Assembly (NCBI GenBank): GCA_963663545.1
Contig: OY760505.1
Location: forward strand, 2,176,001-2,240,000
Direction of reading: 5' to 3'
Length of the DNA: 64,000 nt
DNA from: Candidatus Delongbacteria bacterium
GTDB taxonomy: Bacteria > CAIWAD01
The notes under the pieces are model-generated. The model was not told where the DNA came from, made no database searches, and worked only from the letters and a program-made list of their open reading frames with translations. Shown here piece after piece: positions 1 to 10,600 of this stretch; the first letter of the stretch is position 1; every line of letters begins with the position of its first letter. The translations under genes and the position numbers were made by a program.

Positions 1-2865
1 CAGCTCTCGATGTTTGATGATGGCGGTGATCCGCTTCCCGGCATTACTGTGTGCGCCTACCAGCCAAGCGGTTTGCAGTCGGTTGGTGTTACAGGCCAGG
101 ATGGAACGGTCGTTCTTTGGCTGACAGGGCTCCAAGAGGAAGACCTGACGCTGACGGCGACACGGGCAGATTACATTCCCGTGATACAAACGCTATCTGT
201 TGTCGGCGATCTGGCGGCTCCTGTTCTGGATGAGTTGAACGGCACCGGACCTGGGGGCTCATCAAGCGTACGCGCTGGAGAACTGCTGACCCTGAGTCCG
301 GTCTTTGCGAACGCTTCCGAGACCGGATCCCTGTCGAGCATGACGGTTACGCTGGTGGACGGTGTCGGCTATCAGGTCGTTGATGGCAGCACCGGTCTGG
401 ATGCAATCCCTGCAGGCGGGACAGCCACCGTAACTGCGCCGCTCTCACTTCAGGTTGATAGCGATTACACAACCGGCGACGATCTTGTGATACGTTTCGA
501 GCTTGAATCCGGTAGCGAGATGTGGCACCTGGCGGCGGAGAAGGGCATCAGCTCGCCTGCCCTGCTGATGGATGCCGACGGACCGGAGTACACGGCTTTC
601 AATCCCGGCGGCAGCAGCGATGTCAACTTCACCCTTACGAACCACAGCCTGCAGACCGCTGCAGAGGTTACTCTGTATTTTTCGGTGAATGAGGGCAGCG
701 GGTTTGAATTGGACATCGCCGAGCGCCCAATTGGTACAATCGCCGGTTTCGGCCAGTACAACGCACAGGTCGAGGTTACGGCAGATGGTGGATTGGTTGC
801 GGGCTATACTTCCGTGATACACGTGGATTGGGAGACCATGTACGGTGAGCGCGGAAGAATTGAAGTGCCCGTGACACTGGGCACCGGTGCCATCACAGAT
901 CCCACGGGACCGGACGAGTATGGTTACATGGGCTTTGAGGATGACGACAATCAATGGCTACAGGCACCGGCTTTTAGCTGGATTGAGATCGCGCCCAACG
1001 CTGGCGGTGATGGTACTGTTCTGAGCATTAATGACTATGGTAATGAGCAGGATGATGCAACCCTTGTTGATCTGCCCTTTACCTTTGTGCTCTACGGCCA
1101 ACCCTACAATATCATGGGTGTGTGCTCCAATGGCTTTGTCAGCTTTGGCCCGAATTCGCATCTCGAGACGGATTTCCGAAATCATTATCTGCCTGCGGGC
1201 ATGGGTCCCGAGCCGATGCTGGCGCCCATGTGGGATGATTTCTTCCTCGGCGGCAACGCACAGATCTGCGGGAAGTATCTCGAAGACGCGCACATCTATG
1301 TTGTCGAGTGGTATCGCGTTCTGACCAACAGCAATCAGGCGGTCAACACCTTCCAGCTGCTCCTGTATGATCCTGCTTTCTATCCGACGGATACTGGTGA
1401 CGGCGAGGTTATATTCCAGTACCAGACCTTCAGTGATACACAAAGCAACTCGCAGGATTTCCCCTACTGCACAGTGGGAATCAAGGATCACACCGGAACG
1501 CGCGGCTTGACCTTGACCTGCTACCACGAGCGGCCTTCGACGGCACACACGATTACAGATGAGACCGCGATCAGGTTCACGACGACGGTGCACTTCAATG
1601 TTGAACCGCCGGTATTAAGTCTGATTGATGAGTCAATTCTCTTTCAGGCTGAAACCGGCAGCGTTGTCACGTTGAACGATTCCATTCGCTTTACGAATGA
1701 AGGAACGGGCAATCTTGCCTGGCTGGCTTCGCTAGAGTACACCGAAGACTGGCCACCCGCCGAACAGCGCGCCAGCGGGAGTGATCAATACGGTTACACC
1801 TGGATGGACAGTGATGAAGACGGTGGTCCGCAGGCAGGCTGGGTGGACATCAGCGATGTGGAGATTCCCGTCTCGCTGACGCACAATGACTCCGCCGTCG
1901 GACCCTTGAGCCTTGGCTTTGACTTCTCTTTTTACGGTGATACATACAACCAGTTCTGGATCAATCCGAACGGCTTCCTCTCCTTCGAGGAGGCACACGG
2001 ATACTTCCAGAATAATGTGGGCTTGCCCAGCGATCAGGCTCCCGAGACGATCATTGCGCCGTGGTGGGACGATCTGCTGACCAATGCCGTGCTCAATGAC
2101 GAAGACTGGATTACGTGGTACAGCAACAACAGCGACTCGTTGATTGTGTGTTACAACAACGTGCCTCACTTCAATCCTAACAGCTATGGCGGTCCCTTTA
2201 CATTCCAGATCATTCTGGAGGGGAATGGACGTATCACCTTCAACTATGGTGATATGAGTTCCAGTGATCCAAACAGCGATTCGGGAACCATCGGAATCCA
2301 GGGAAGCAGTACTCTGGGAATGATGATTGCCGCCAACCAGACCACTGCAGTTTCTGACCGGACCATCCGCATCCGGCCTCCGCACTGGCTTGCACTGGGT
2401 AGCGTTAGTGGCATCGTTCCTAGTGGCGGTAGTGGGCACATTCCGCTTGTAGTGAATACGCAGGTCAGTGGATTCCTTTATCCGGAAGATGACTACTCGG
2501 TGAACCTTCTGCTAGCAACCAACGATCCGGATCACCGTGAGACAACCATTCCTATTACACTGCACATCGGTGAAGTCAGCGTTTCCAACGGTGATACACC
2601 GGTCAGTTTTGGGATCACCAAGGTGTATCCCAATCCCTTCAATCCAACGACGACCGTTCAGTTCACACTTCCCGCGCAGAGTGCGGTCGACGCGCGTTTG
2701 TTCAACTTGCTAGGACAAGAGGTCGCACAACTCGTAGATCAGCCGATGGCGGCGGGCCAGCACACCTTGCAGGTTGACGGAAGCCGACTTGCAAGTGGCG
2801 TCTACATGTTGCGTCTGGCAGCTGGCAGCGATGTTCGCGTACACAAGCTGATGTTGATGAAATAG
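1..2865 (+). CDS. 5'-truncated large secreted protein, paralog of the two downstream C25-family proteins (Ig-like and nidogen/NIDO-like modules, T9SS type-A-like C-terminal domain)
   Basis: The frame is open from base 1. VTVCAYQ..G and PTGPDxYGY..W.EI..LPF.F..YG..VCSNG..APxWDD modules match the central and C-terminal parts of 2940..7517 and 7630..12204. It ends in YPNPFNP...LLGQEV...LASGVY...KLMLMK. Confidence 0.85.
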   Translation, partial: QLSMFDDGGDPLPGITVCAYQPSGLQSVGVTGQDGTVVLWLTGLQEEDLTLTATRADYIPVIQTLSVVGDLAAPVLDELNGTGPGGSSSVRAGELLTLSPVFANASETGSLSSMTVTLVDGVGYQVVDGSTGLDAIPAGGTATVTAPLSLQVDSDYTTGDDLVIRFELESGSEMWHLAAEKGISSPALLMDADGPEYTAFNPGGSSDVNFTLTNHSLQTAAEVTLYFSVNEGSGFELDIAERPIGTIAGFGQYNAQVEVTADGGLVAGYTSVIHVDWETMYGERGRIEVPVTLGTGAITDPTGPDEYGYMGFEDDDNQWLQAPAFSWIEIAPNAGGDGTVLSINDYGNEQDDATLVDLPFTFVLYGQPYNIMGVCSNGFVSFGPNSHLETDFRNHYLPAGMGPEPMLAPMWDDFFLGGNAQICGKYLEDAHIYVVEWYRVLTNSNQAVNTFQLLLYDPAFYPTDTGDGEVIFQYQTFSDTQSNSQDFPYCTVGIKDHTGTRGLTLTCYHERPSTAHTITDETAIRFTTTVHFNVEPPVLSLIDESILFQAETGSVVTLNDSIRFTNEGTGNLAWLASLEYTEDWPPAEQRASGSDQYGYTWMDSDEDGGPQAGWVDISDVEIPVSLTHNDSAVGPLSLGFDFSFYGDTYNQFWINPNGFLSFEEAHGYFQNNVGLPSDQAPETIIAPWWDDLLTNAVLNDEDWITWYSNNSDSLIVCYNNVPHFNPNSYGGPFTFQIILEGNGRITFNYGDMSSSDPNSDSGTIGIQGSSTLGMMIAANQTTAVSDRTIRIRPPHWLALGSVSGIVPSGGSGHIPLVVNTQVSGFLYPEDDYSVNLLLATNDPDHRETTIPITLHIGEVSVSNGDTPVSFGITKVYPNPFNPTTTVQFTLPAQSAVDARLFNLLGQEVAQLVDQPMAAGQHTLQVDGSRLASGVYMLRLAAGSDVRVHKLMLMK

Positions 2866-2890
2866 CAGCAGATCGAGAGTATCAGGCGAA

Positions 2891-2920
2891 ACCGGTCCGG
2901 AGCTAATGCTCCGGGCCGGT
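2891..2920. repeat. GC-rich intergenic hairpin, homologous to 7582..7608
   Basis: ACCGGTCCGGAGC-TAAT-GCTCCGGGCCGGT, just upstream of the GGAGGA RBS of the next gene, with no U-tract. Confidence 0.7.
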
Positions 2921-2939
2921 ACGCCGGCTTGGAGGAATC

Positions 2940-5900
2940 ATGTGGAGAGCGATGACGCTTTGTCTGCTTCTGCAGACAGGGAGTTGGTTGTATGCCAGTG
3001 AAACGGATCACGGTGATACACAGATTCAATTGCAGTTAAGCTTCGGTTCTGTTGTCGTACAAGACGTGACGATGGCGGGTGAGCGGTGGAGTACCTTGGA
3101 GTGCTCAGAGCAAGCGCTCCCTGGTCCTGCGGGAGCCCCAGCCCTGCCATGGCTCACGCGCTTGGTTGAGATTCCACCAACGGGCAGTATCACGTTCTCA
3201 TACACGACTGATGATCTAGATGTGATACGCGGTGTGCATTTGCTCCCTGAGCAGGAGCGCGTGAGTGATGATCGCAGCGGTGGGCCTTTGGCTTTTGTGC
3301 AGGACAATGCGATCTACTCGAGTTCAGGCATGTGGCCTGCACAGGAGGTGCAAGTTGGCGATCCCGTGATCTTGCGCAACCGTCGCATGGTCAAGCTGAC
3401 CTGGTATCCTTGCCGTTGGAATCCTGCCAATGATGAGTTGGTTGTGTCTCACGAACTGAATCTCGTGATACATACGGATGCAAAAGCCGGTGTGAATGAA
3501 ATCAGTCAACGCATTCCCTGCCATTTTAGCCCGATGGATCGTCTGTCGGAAGCCGTCGTAGATGTTCCATTTGCGCATGGCGATGAGGGCGCAATGCGTG
3601 ACATCTTTGAGCGGCCCGCTTTGCCAGGAACCTACCTCGTTTTCGGTCACAGTGGAGCACTGGCGAACGCTTTGATGCAGCAGTTTCTGGAATGGAAGCG
3701 CAGTCGCGGCCATGTAGTACACGTAGAAGATGAAAGCAGCATCGGTTCACTCACACCGGGCAACATCTTTCAGACCATCAACGACTACTACTACAACTCC
3801 GAGTACCCGCCCGACTTCGTCATGCTGATTGGTGATCCCGATGGCAGTGGTGATTTTAGCATGCCAGCGTACGACAGCAATTACGATGGTCTGCAGGATC
3901 ATGGCTATTCACTGATTGAGGGCGACGATATTCTGGGCGATCTTGCGGTAGGTCGCATTTCGGTAACCAGTCAGTCTCAGCTGGCTTCGGTGCTGACCAA
4001 AATCATGGGCTACGAACAGTCTCCCACCATTGCGGGAACGAGCTGGCTGACCCATGCGGCTCTTTCCACCGGCTACAATGCCGTTTCCATGGTGCACCTC
4101 TGCCGTTCTGTCGTCCAGCGCTACCTCAATGCGGGCTTCACGGATATCGACACCTTGTGGTACAACAGCAATTCCTCCTGGGTGGACGCCCGCTTCAACG
4201 AGGGCATTTCCCAATACTGTTACCGCGGCTGGATTGGTATGAACGGCGTTGACGCCGACTATGTTGATAACCACTCGCACTTCACCAACAGTGGCCGTTG
4301 CCCGATTGCCTGCATCTTTACCTGTGCCACTGGCGATTACAACGGTGGCTATTCCACGACCGAAGCCTTTTTGCGCAAGGGATCCATCGACAACCCGCGA
4401 GGCGCGGTCGCCGCGATGGGCTTTTCAACGTCGGCGACGCACACGGCCTACAACAATGCAGTCGTTGCCGGCTATTACAGCGGCATTCACGATCTGCATC
4501 TTCCCATTGGGCCGGCGATGTTCCGCGGCAAGTACAACCTGTGGGCGACACTTCCCGAGGGCGACACGAATGCTCGCGCTTTCTCTAATCGTGCCAATTT
4601 GATGGGTGATCCCGGGCTGGACGACTGGAACGGTTTGCCAACCTCGCTGAGCCTAAGCTGCGAGGAGGGAACGACGATTTCCTACGGCCAGGCCTTGTTG
4701 ACCTTCCATGTGCAAAACGAGTTGGGTACCGATGTGGAGGGGGCCGTCGTCTGTGTGTATCAGTCTGGCGATCTGCAGGAACGAGCTCTGACCGGCCCGG
4801 ATGGCATTGCACGCCTTTCTATTGCAGGCGCAGAGGCCGGATCGTTCACGGCAACTGCCAGCGGACGGAATCTGATTCCGCAGACCCTTGTGCTGCAGCT
4901 GGCAGAGAGCACATCAATGCTTGCGCTCACGGGTGCAGACCCCGAGTACTGCATCCCCGGCGCGGTGAGTCCGGTTGCACCCCTGCTTCGTAATGGAGGC
5001 AGCACGGACCTCACAGGCATTGAGCTACAGTTCGCTACTCTTGGTGATACGTACACGCTATCCGACAGCACTTCGTCCATTGGAACCCTGACACCTTCGC
5101 AGGAGGCCACGGGTGACGTGATACTTGTGTCACCGGTTGCCGGTCTTGGAGATTATCAGATCGTCGATATTCCCGTTGAGCTTAGCACTGATGCTGGATC
5201 ACGCACGGATTGTCTGCGCTTGATGACTCATGCACCACGTTTGGAATTGGGCGCAGCGCTTTTCAACGATGCCGAGATTTTACAACCGGGCGAGAACATC
5301 GATGTGCAGTTCAGCTACACCAACACCGGGCATCTGGACGCGCAGGGCTTGAGCCTTACCCTCAGTTGCGACGATCCCGCTGTGACATTCATTGGCCAAC
5401 CCGATGGGCCGGTATCACTGTCGCAGGGAGTCAGCGCCTGGTACCATTCTGCCATCGATCTGGAGGGAACCATTTTCGATGGCGCACCATTGCGTATCAC
5501 GTGCGATTGGGAGTGCAGCAATGGGCCGAGCGGAAGTGTCACTCATGTGTTCTATGTAGGAATGCCGCAGGGAATGTCGCCTACCGGTCCCGACGACTAT
5601 GGCTATTATGCATATGAGGATATGGACAACAACACCAAGTCTCCCGTGTACGACTGGCGGGAGATTTCCATCATTGGAACTCAGCTTCCTATAAGTGATA
5701 CATCGGATGAGGATGACCAGTCGATGCGTGTCACACTGCCCTTTGAGTTTGTGTATTACGGCGAATCCTACAGCAGCGTAGCCGTGTGCACAAATGGGTA
5801 CATCGCCTTCGGCGAAGGCGCAGAAAATGATCCGCATTACCGCAATCACGCTCTGCCCTCAGCTACGGGACCCAATGGAATGATCGCGCCCTTCTGGGAT

Positions 5901-7517
5901 GATCTTCAGACGATCAGCGGCGGCGGCATATTCACCTACTATGACGTGACGGATCATGTCTTCATCGTTCAGTGGAACAATATGAATAGCAATGGCAGCG
6001 GTGGTCGTAATACATTTGAGCTGCTGCTACTCGATCCGGCGTATCACACCACGGAGAGCGGTGATGGCGATTTCGTGATGCAATGGAGCACGTGGGACAA
6101 CAGCCAGAGCAACTTCACCGATTTCCCCTACTGCAGCGTTGGAATAGAAAGCCTGGACAACTTGAGCGGACTTAGCCTCAGCAACTACGGTATTGAAGCG
6201 CCGACTATCTACGGCATGTATGCGGGTAAGGCCATCTGCTTCAGCACGGACCGTGGTGATCGAATGACCAATGAGACCAATCCGCCCATCGTCAGTTTTG
6301 CCCCGATTGGAATAACGCGTGTCGACACGCCTACTTTGTATCACTGCACGGCGGTGGATCCATCCGGAGTGAGTGGGGTTATTCTGCACGTCCTTGACAG
6401 CAGTGGCGATGCCAGCAATGTGATGCACTACAATGTCGCCGCCTCACGTTATGAGTACACGCTACCTGCGCGTGATCTGGGCGATGATTTCGACGTCTTC
6501 GTTGAGGCCACTGATGGAGCGGAGATTCCCAATACAGCCTACACCGATACAACACATGTGGTGGTTTCGGCAGGATATCCGCCTTCGGGGCCGGACGGGT
6601 ATGGACACCTGGCAATGGAAGCCATGGACGTCGGTGGCAGCGCCTACAACTGGGTGGACATCAGCAACTTCGGTGTGAGTGTCGATTTTAACTACAGCTG
6701 GTTTGTCAACCGTGAAGTCAGCACACTCAATCTCGTTTGGTTTGGCGAAGACTTTGACGAAATCACGCTTAGTGTATTCGGTGCATTCTATTTCGGAAAT
6801 GTATACCCAGAGTGGATCGACACCTCGCCCATGGCCGCAGGCCATGGAATAGCCAATCAGGTCAACGTCAATGCCACCTGGTATGAGTGGTACGAAGAAC
6901 CCGAGATCTACTTGTGGGTAGATGAGATTGGTGGCCGGCTGATCCTCTCCTGGGAGAACATGACGGGTTGGAACGACGAAGGCCAGTACTATACGGCCTC
7001 CTTCCAGGCTATCATTTACGATGCCGAACAGCATCCCACGACCAATGGCGACTCAGCTATTCTCTTCCAGTACCGCGAAATCGGCGACCTGGTATCGGAC
7101 CATTCCATTGGCTTCCAGGACGGCAATACCACAGATGGACTCAACTTGTACTGGAACGGCGGATATATTGAGGACCTTTCGGATCTCAGCGATGCCACGG
7201 CGCTTTTGATCAGCTCGGGATGGGCCACAGAGGTTCCACAGACCTTGCAGCCGCTGGTGTTCCAACTGGACAGTGTATGGCCGAATCCTTTCAATCCCAC
7301 AGCGCGCGTCAGCTTCCAATTGCCGGTTGCCGGTCAAGTGGAACTTGTGCTTTACAATCTGCTTGGGCAGGAGGTGTCACAGTTGATGTCGGCTCCGATG
7401 GCGGCCGGATCACACAGCGTCATGCTTGATGGCGAGGGTCTGGCCAGCGGAATCTATCTGCTGCGTCTCTCCAATGGCAGCCAGCAGGAAGTAAGGCGTA
7501 TCACGCTGTTGCGTTGA
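2940..7517 (+). CDS. Gingipain-like C25-family protein: signal peptide, C25 propeptide, C25 domain, Ig-like and NIDO-like modules, T9SS-like C-terminal domain
   Basis: GGAGGA RBS. Propeptide-like G.P.LP..TRLVEIP. C25 motifs KRSRG, MLIGD, D..Y..IEGDD..D..VGRIS, IFTC.TG, EAFLR, GAVA, NLMGDP. Terminal WPNPFNP...LASGIY. Confidence 0.85.
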   Translation: MWRAMTLCLLLQTGSWLYASETDHGDTQIQLQLSFGSVVVQDVTMAGERWSTLECSEQALPGPAGAPALPWLTRLVEIPPTGSITFSYTTDDLDVIRGVHLLPEQERVSDDRSGGPLAFVQDNAIYSSSGMWPAQEVQVGDPVILRNRRMVKLTWYPCRWNPANDELVVSHELNLVIHTDAKAGVNEISQRIPCHFSPMDRLSEAVVDVPFAHGDEGAMRDIFERPALPGTYLVFGHSGALANALMQQFLEWKRSRGHVVHVEDESSIGSLTPGNIFQTINDYYYNSEYPPDFVMLIGDPDGSGDFSMPAYDSNYDGLQDHGYSLIEGDDILGDLAVGRISVTSQSQLASVLTKIMGYEQSPTIAGTSWLTHAALSTGYNAVSMVHLCRSVVQRYLNAGFTDIDTLWYNSNSSWVDARFNEGISQYCYRGWIGMNGVDADYVDNHSHFTNSGRCPIACIFTCATGDYNGGYSTTEAFLRKGSIDNPRGAVAAMGFSTSATHTAYNNAVVAGYYSGIHDLHLPIGPAMFRGKYNLWATLPEGDTNARAFSNRANLMGDPGLDDWNGLPTSLSLSCEEGTTISYGQALLTFHVQNELGTDVEGAVVCVYQSGDLQERALTGPDGIARLSIAGAEAGSFTATASGRNLIPQTLVLQLAESTSMLALTGADPEYCIPGAVSPVAPLLRNGGSTDLTGIELQFATLGDTYTLSDSTSSIGTLTPSQEATGDVILVSPVAGLGDYQIVDIPVELSTDAGSRTDCLRLMTHAPRLELGAALFNDAEILQPGENIDVQFSYTNTGHLDAQGLSLTLSCDDPAVTFIGQPDGPVSLSQGVSAWYHSAIDLEGTIFDGAPLRITCDWECSNGPSGSVTHVFYVGMPQGMSPTGPDDYGYYAYEDMDNNTKSPVYDWREISIIGTQLPISDTSDEDDQSMRVTLPFEFVYYGESYSSVAVCTNGYIAFGEGAENDPHYRNHALPSATGPNGMIAPFWDDLQTISGGGIFTYYDVTDHVFIVQWNNMNSNGSGGRNTFELLLLDPAYHTTESGDGDFVMQWSTWDNSQSNFTDFPYCSVGIESLDNLSGLSLSNYGIEAPTIYGMYAGKAICFSTDRGDRMTNETNPPIVSFAPIGITRVDTPTLYHCTAVDPSGVSGVILHVLDSSGDASNVMHYNVAASRYEYTLPARDLGDDFDVFVEATDGAEIPNTAYTDTTHVVVSAGYPPSGPDGYGHLAMEAMDVGGSAYNWVDISNFGVSVDFNYSWFVNREVSTLNLVWFGEDFDEITLSVFGAFYFGNVYPEWIDTSPMAAGHGIANQVNVNATWYEWYEEPEIYLWVDEIGGRLILSWENMTGWNDEGQYYTASFQAIIYDAEQHPTTNGDSAILFQYREIGDLVSDHSIGFQDGNTTDGLNLYWNGGYIEDLSDLSDATALLISSGWATEVPQTLQPLVFQLDSVWPNPFNPTARVSFQLPVAGQVELVLYNLLGQEVSQLMSAPMAAGSHSVMLDGEGLASGIYLLRLSNGSQQEVRRITLLR

Positions 7518-7581
7518 TAATGCGCGACTCGTGTAGCACGAATCAGAGACAAGACGGCACAGGGACAAGACAGAAGAAACA

Positions 7582-7608
7582 ACCGGCCCGGAGTTCGCTC
7601 CGGGTCGG
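7582..7608. repeat. GC-rich intergenic hairpin, homologous to 2891..2920
   Basis: ACCGGCCCGGAG-TTCG-CTCCGGGTCGG upstream of the GGAGGAG RBS. Confidence 0.7.
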
Positions 7609-7629
7609 GCTGTGTTTTGGGGAGGAGCC

Positions 7630-10600
7630 ATGTGGAAGGCGGTAGTTCTTGGCTTACTGTTGACTGGCGCTGCGCGAGCAATTGCTGCGGTAGCGACGGA
7701 GAGTGAGTCGCACATTTCGGTGCAAGTGCATTTTGGTGCCGTGGAGCTTGTCGATGTGAGTCTGGCTGGCCGCCAGTGGCAGGAGCTACGCTGTGACACA
7801 CCATCGCTACCAGGCACCGCCGGAGCACCTTCGCTTCCCTGGATCACACGACTGATCGAGCTTCCGCCCACGGGCAGGTTTTCCTGCAACTACTCTCTTT
7901 CGGGCACGGAAATCCTGCGGGCACCTGCGCTGATTCCCGAACAGGAACGGGTGAGCGACGAGCGCAGTAGCGGTCCTCTTCCTTTTGTTCTGGATGAGAG
8001 CGCCTACACAGGCAGCACTTTATGGTCTCAGCAGGATGTGATTCTTGGAGAGCCAGTCATTGTGCGCAATCGGCGTATGGCAAAACTGACCTGGTACCCC
8101 TGTCGCTGGAATCCCGAAAATGGTGAGCTTCTCGTGTCACACGAGCTGGATCTGGTGATACAACCTGAATCCGGAGCCGGAACCAACGAGCTTCGATTCG
8201 AACTTCCCCGCCATAACGGGCCGTTGGAGCATCTCGCGAACGCATTGCTGGATGTCCCGTTGGCGCACGAGGACGGAACGCTGAGCTCAATCTTTGATCG
8301 TCCAGCATTACCGGGCACCTATCTGATCATCGGCCACAGCGGTGCTTTGACAAACAGCCTGATGCAGCAGTTCATCGAGTGGAAGCGCAGCCGTGGGCAC
8401 GTAGTACATGTCTATGATGAAGAGCAGATCGGCACACTGAATGCAGACAATATCTACAGTGCCATCCGCAACAGTTACTACAACGACGAGTACCCGCCGG
8501 ATTTCGTAATGCTGATTGGTGATCCGGACGGTGACGCAGACTTTCATCTTCCTGCCCGTGACACCCAGTACGATGGTGAGCAGGATCATGGCTATTCGCG
8601 GCTTGAGGGCGACGACATCCTGGGTGATGTGGCCGTTGGACGCATTTCCGTCAGCAATCAGGCCCAGTTGGCGTCGGTACTGACTAAAATCATGCTCTAC
8701 GAGAAAACGCCCCTCGCTGCGGGAGAAGACTGGCTGGCGAGGGCGGCGCTGTCTACCGGATACGATGCGGTTTCCATGGTGCATCTTTGCCGCAGTATTG
8801 CACAGCGATTCCGGGATGCTGGCTACATGCGTGTAGATACACTTTGGTATCACAGCAGTGCTTCCTGGGTCAACGCGCGCTTTAATGAGGGAATCTCGCA
8901 GTACTGCTATCGCGGCTGGATTGACATGAACGGTGTCACGACGAGTTTTGTCAACAACGACGCGAATTTTACCAACAGCGGACGCTGCCCGGTGGCCTGT
9001 ATCTTCACGTGCTCGACCGGCGATTTCAACGGTAATCTTTCCACCACCGAAGCCTTTCTGCGAAAGGGCACCATTGACAATCCACGCGGAGCGGTTGCCG
9101 CCATGGGTTTTGCGACCTCGGCTACTCACACGGCGTATAATAATGCTGTGGTCGCCGGCTATTACAGCGGCATTCACGATCTGCAGCTTCCCATAGGACC
9201 CGCCGTGTTCCGTGGCAAATACAATCTCTGGGCTACCCTCCCCGAGGGCGATATTAACGCGATAGCCTTTTCCAATCGCGCGAATCTGATGGGCGACCCA
9301 GGTCTGGAGGATTGGAATGGGCCTCCGCAGGCTTTGACTCTGAGCTGCGCGGAAGGAAGCGAGATCCCCTTCGGGCAAGCCTTGTTGACATTCCGGGTTG
9401 CGGACGAAAACGGTGATCCGCTGGAGGGAGTGACGGTTTGTGCCTATCAGGCAGGACATCTGCAGGAACGCGCACTCACCAATGCTGCAGGTGTATCACG
9501 GCTGTCTCTTGTCGGAGCAGTGCCTGGTGAAATCCTGGTCACTGCGAGCGCGCGCAACTTCTTTCCGGAGCAGATGCTGCTGCCGTTGGGTGAGGCGAGT
9601 TCCATGCTGGTGCTAGTGGGTGCTGCCCCCGATGCCCTGATTCCCGGAGTACCGAACACCGTCTCCCCGCAACTTCGAAATGGAGGTAGCACAGAGCTGA
9701 ACGCGATCTCGCTGCAATTCAACACCGAAGGAAACAGCTTTTTCCTATCTGACAGTCTGAGCTCGCTGGTCGGGTTGGCTCCCGGGGAAGAGCTGGCTGG
9801 TGATCCAATTACGCTTGTGCCTGTTGCCACACTGGTGGACGGCGGAGTGTTACAGATTCCCGTGACACTTGGCGCCAACGGCTTTGAGCGCGCCGACGGG
9901 CTTGGCCTTTCCGTGGTTGCTCCCGTGCTCGACCTGGTGGAAGCCCGGTTTAATGATGCCGAAGTGCTTGATCCGGCCATGGATATTGAGCTGAAGCTCC
10001 GCTACACCAATACCGGCCATCTGGATGCCGAAGGACTGCGCTTCGAGCTGAGCAGTACTGATCCAATGCTGAGTGTCGTATCACAGCCGGAGGGTGCGGT
10101 TTCACTTGGCGTCGGGCAGAGTGCCGACATTCACGCGACGATCAGCCTAAGTGCAGCAGCATTTGATGGCTGCGTCTTGGAGCTGCAATGCCACTGGAGT
10201 TGCAGCAACGGTCCTGCCGGGGATCTGGAGCATCGCTTTGCGGTGGGTACACCAACCACTCTCGCCCCCGGTGGCCCAGATGCCTACGGCTATTACCTCT
10301 ACGAGGATCTGGACAACAACACCAAATCTCCCATTTTCGATTGGCGCGAGATTGCGGAGATCGGCACGCAGCTGCCTATCAGCGATCTGGTGGATCAAGA
10401 TGATGAAGCCCTGCGCATCGAGCTCCCCTTCGACTTTGTGTATTACGGGCAGAGCTACAGCAGTGTGGTCGTGTGTACAAACGGCTTCATCGCCTTTGGC
10501 ACGGGCGCGGAGTTTGATCCTCACTACCGCAACCACCGGCTTCCCTCGGCAACCGGCCCCCACGGCATGGTGGCACCCTTCTGGGATGATCTGCTGACAG

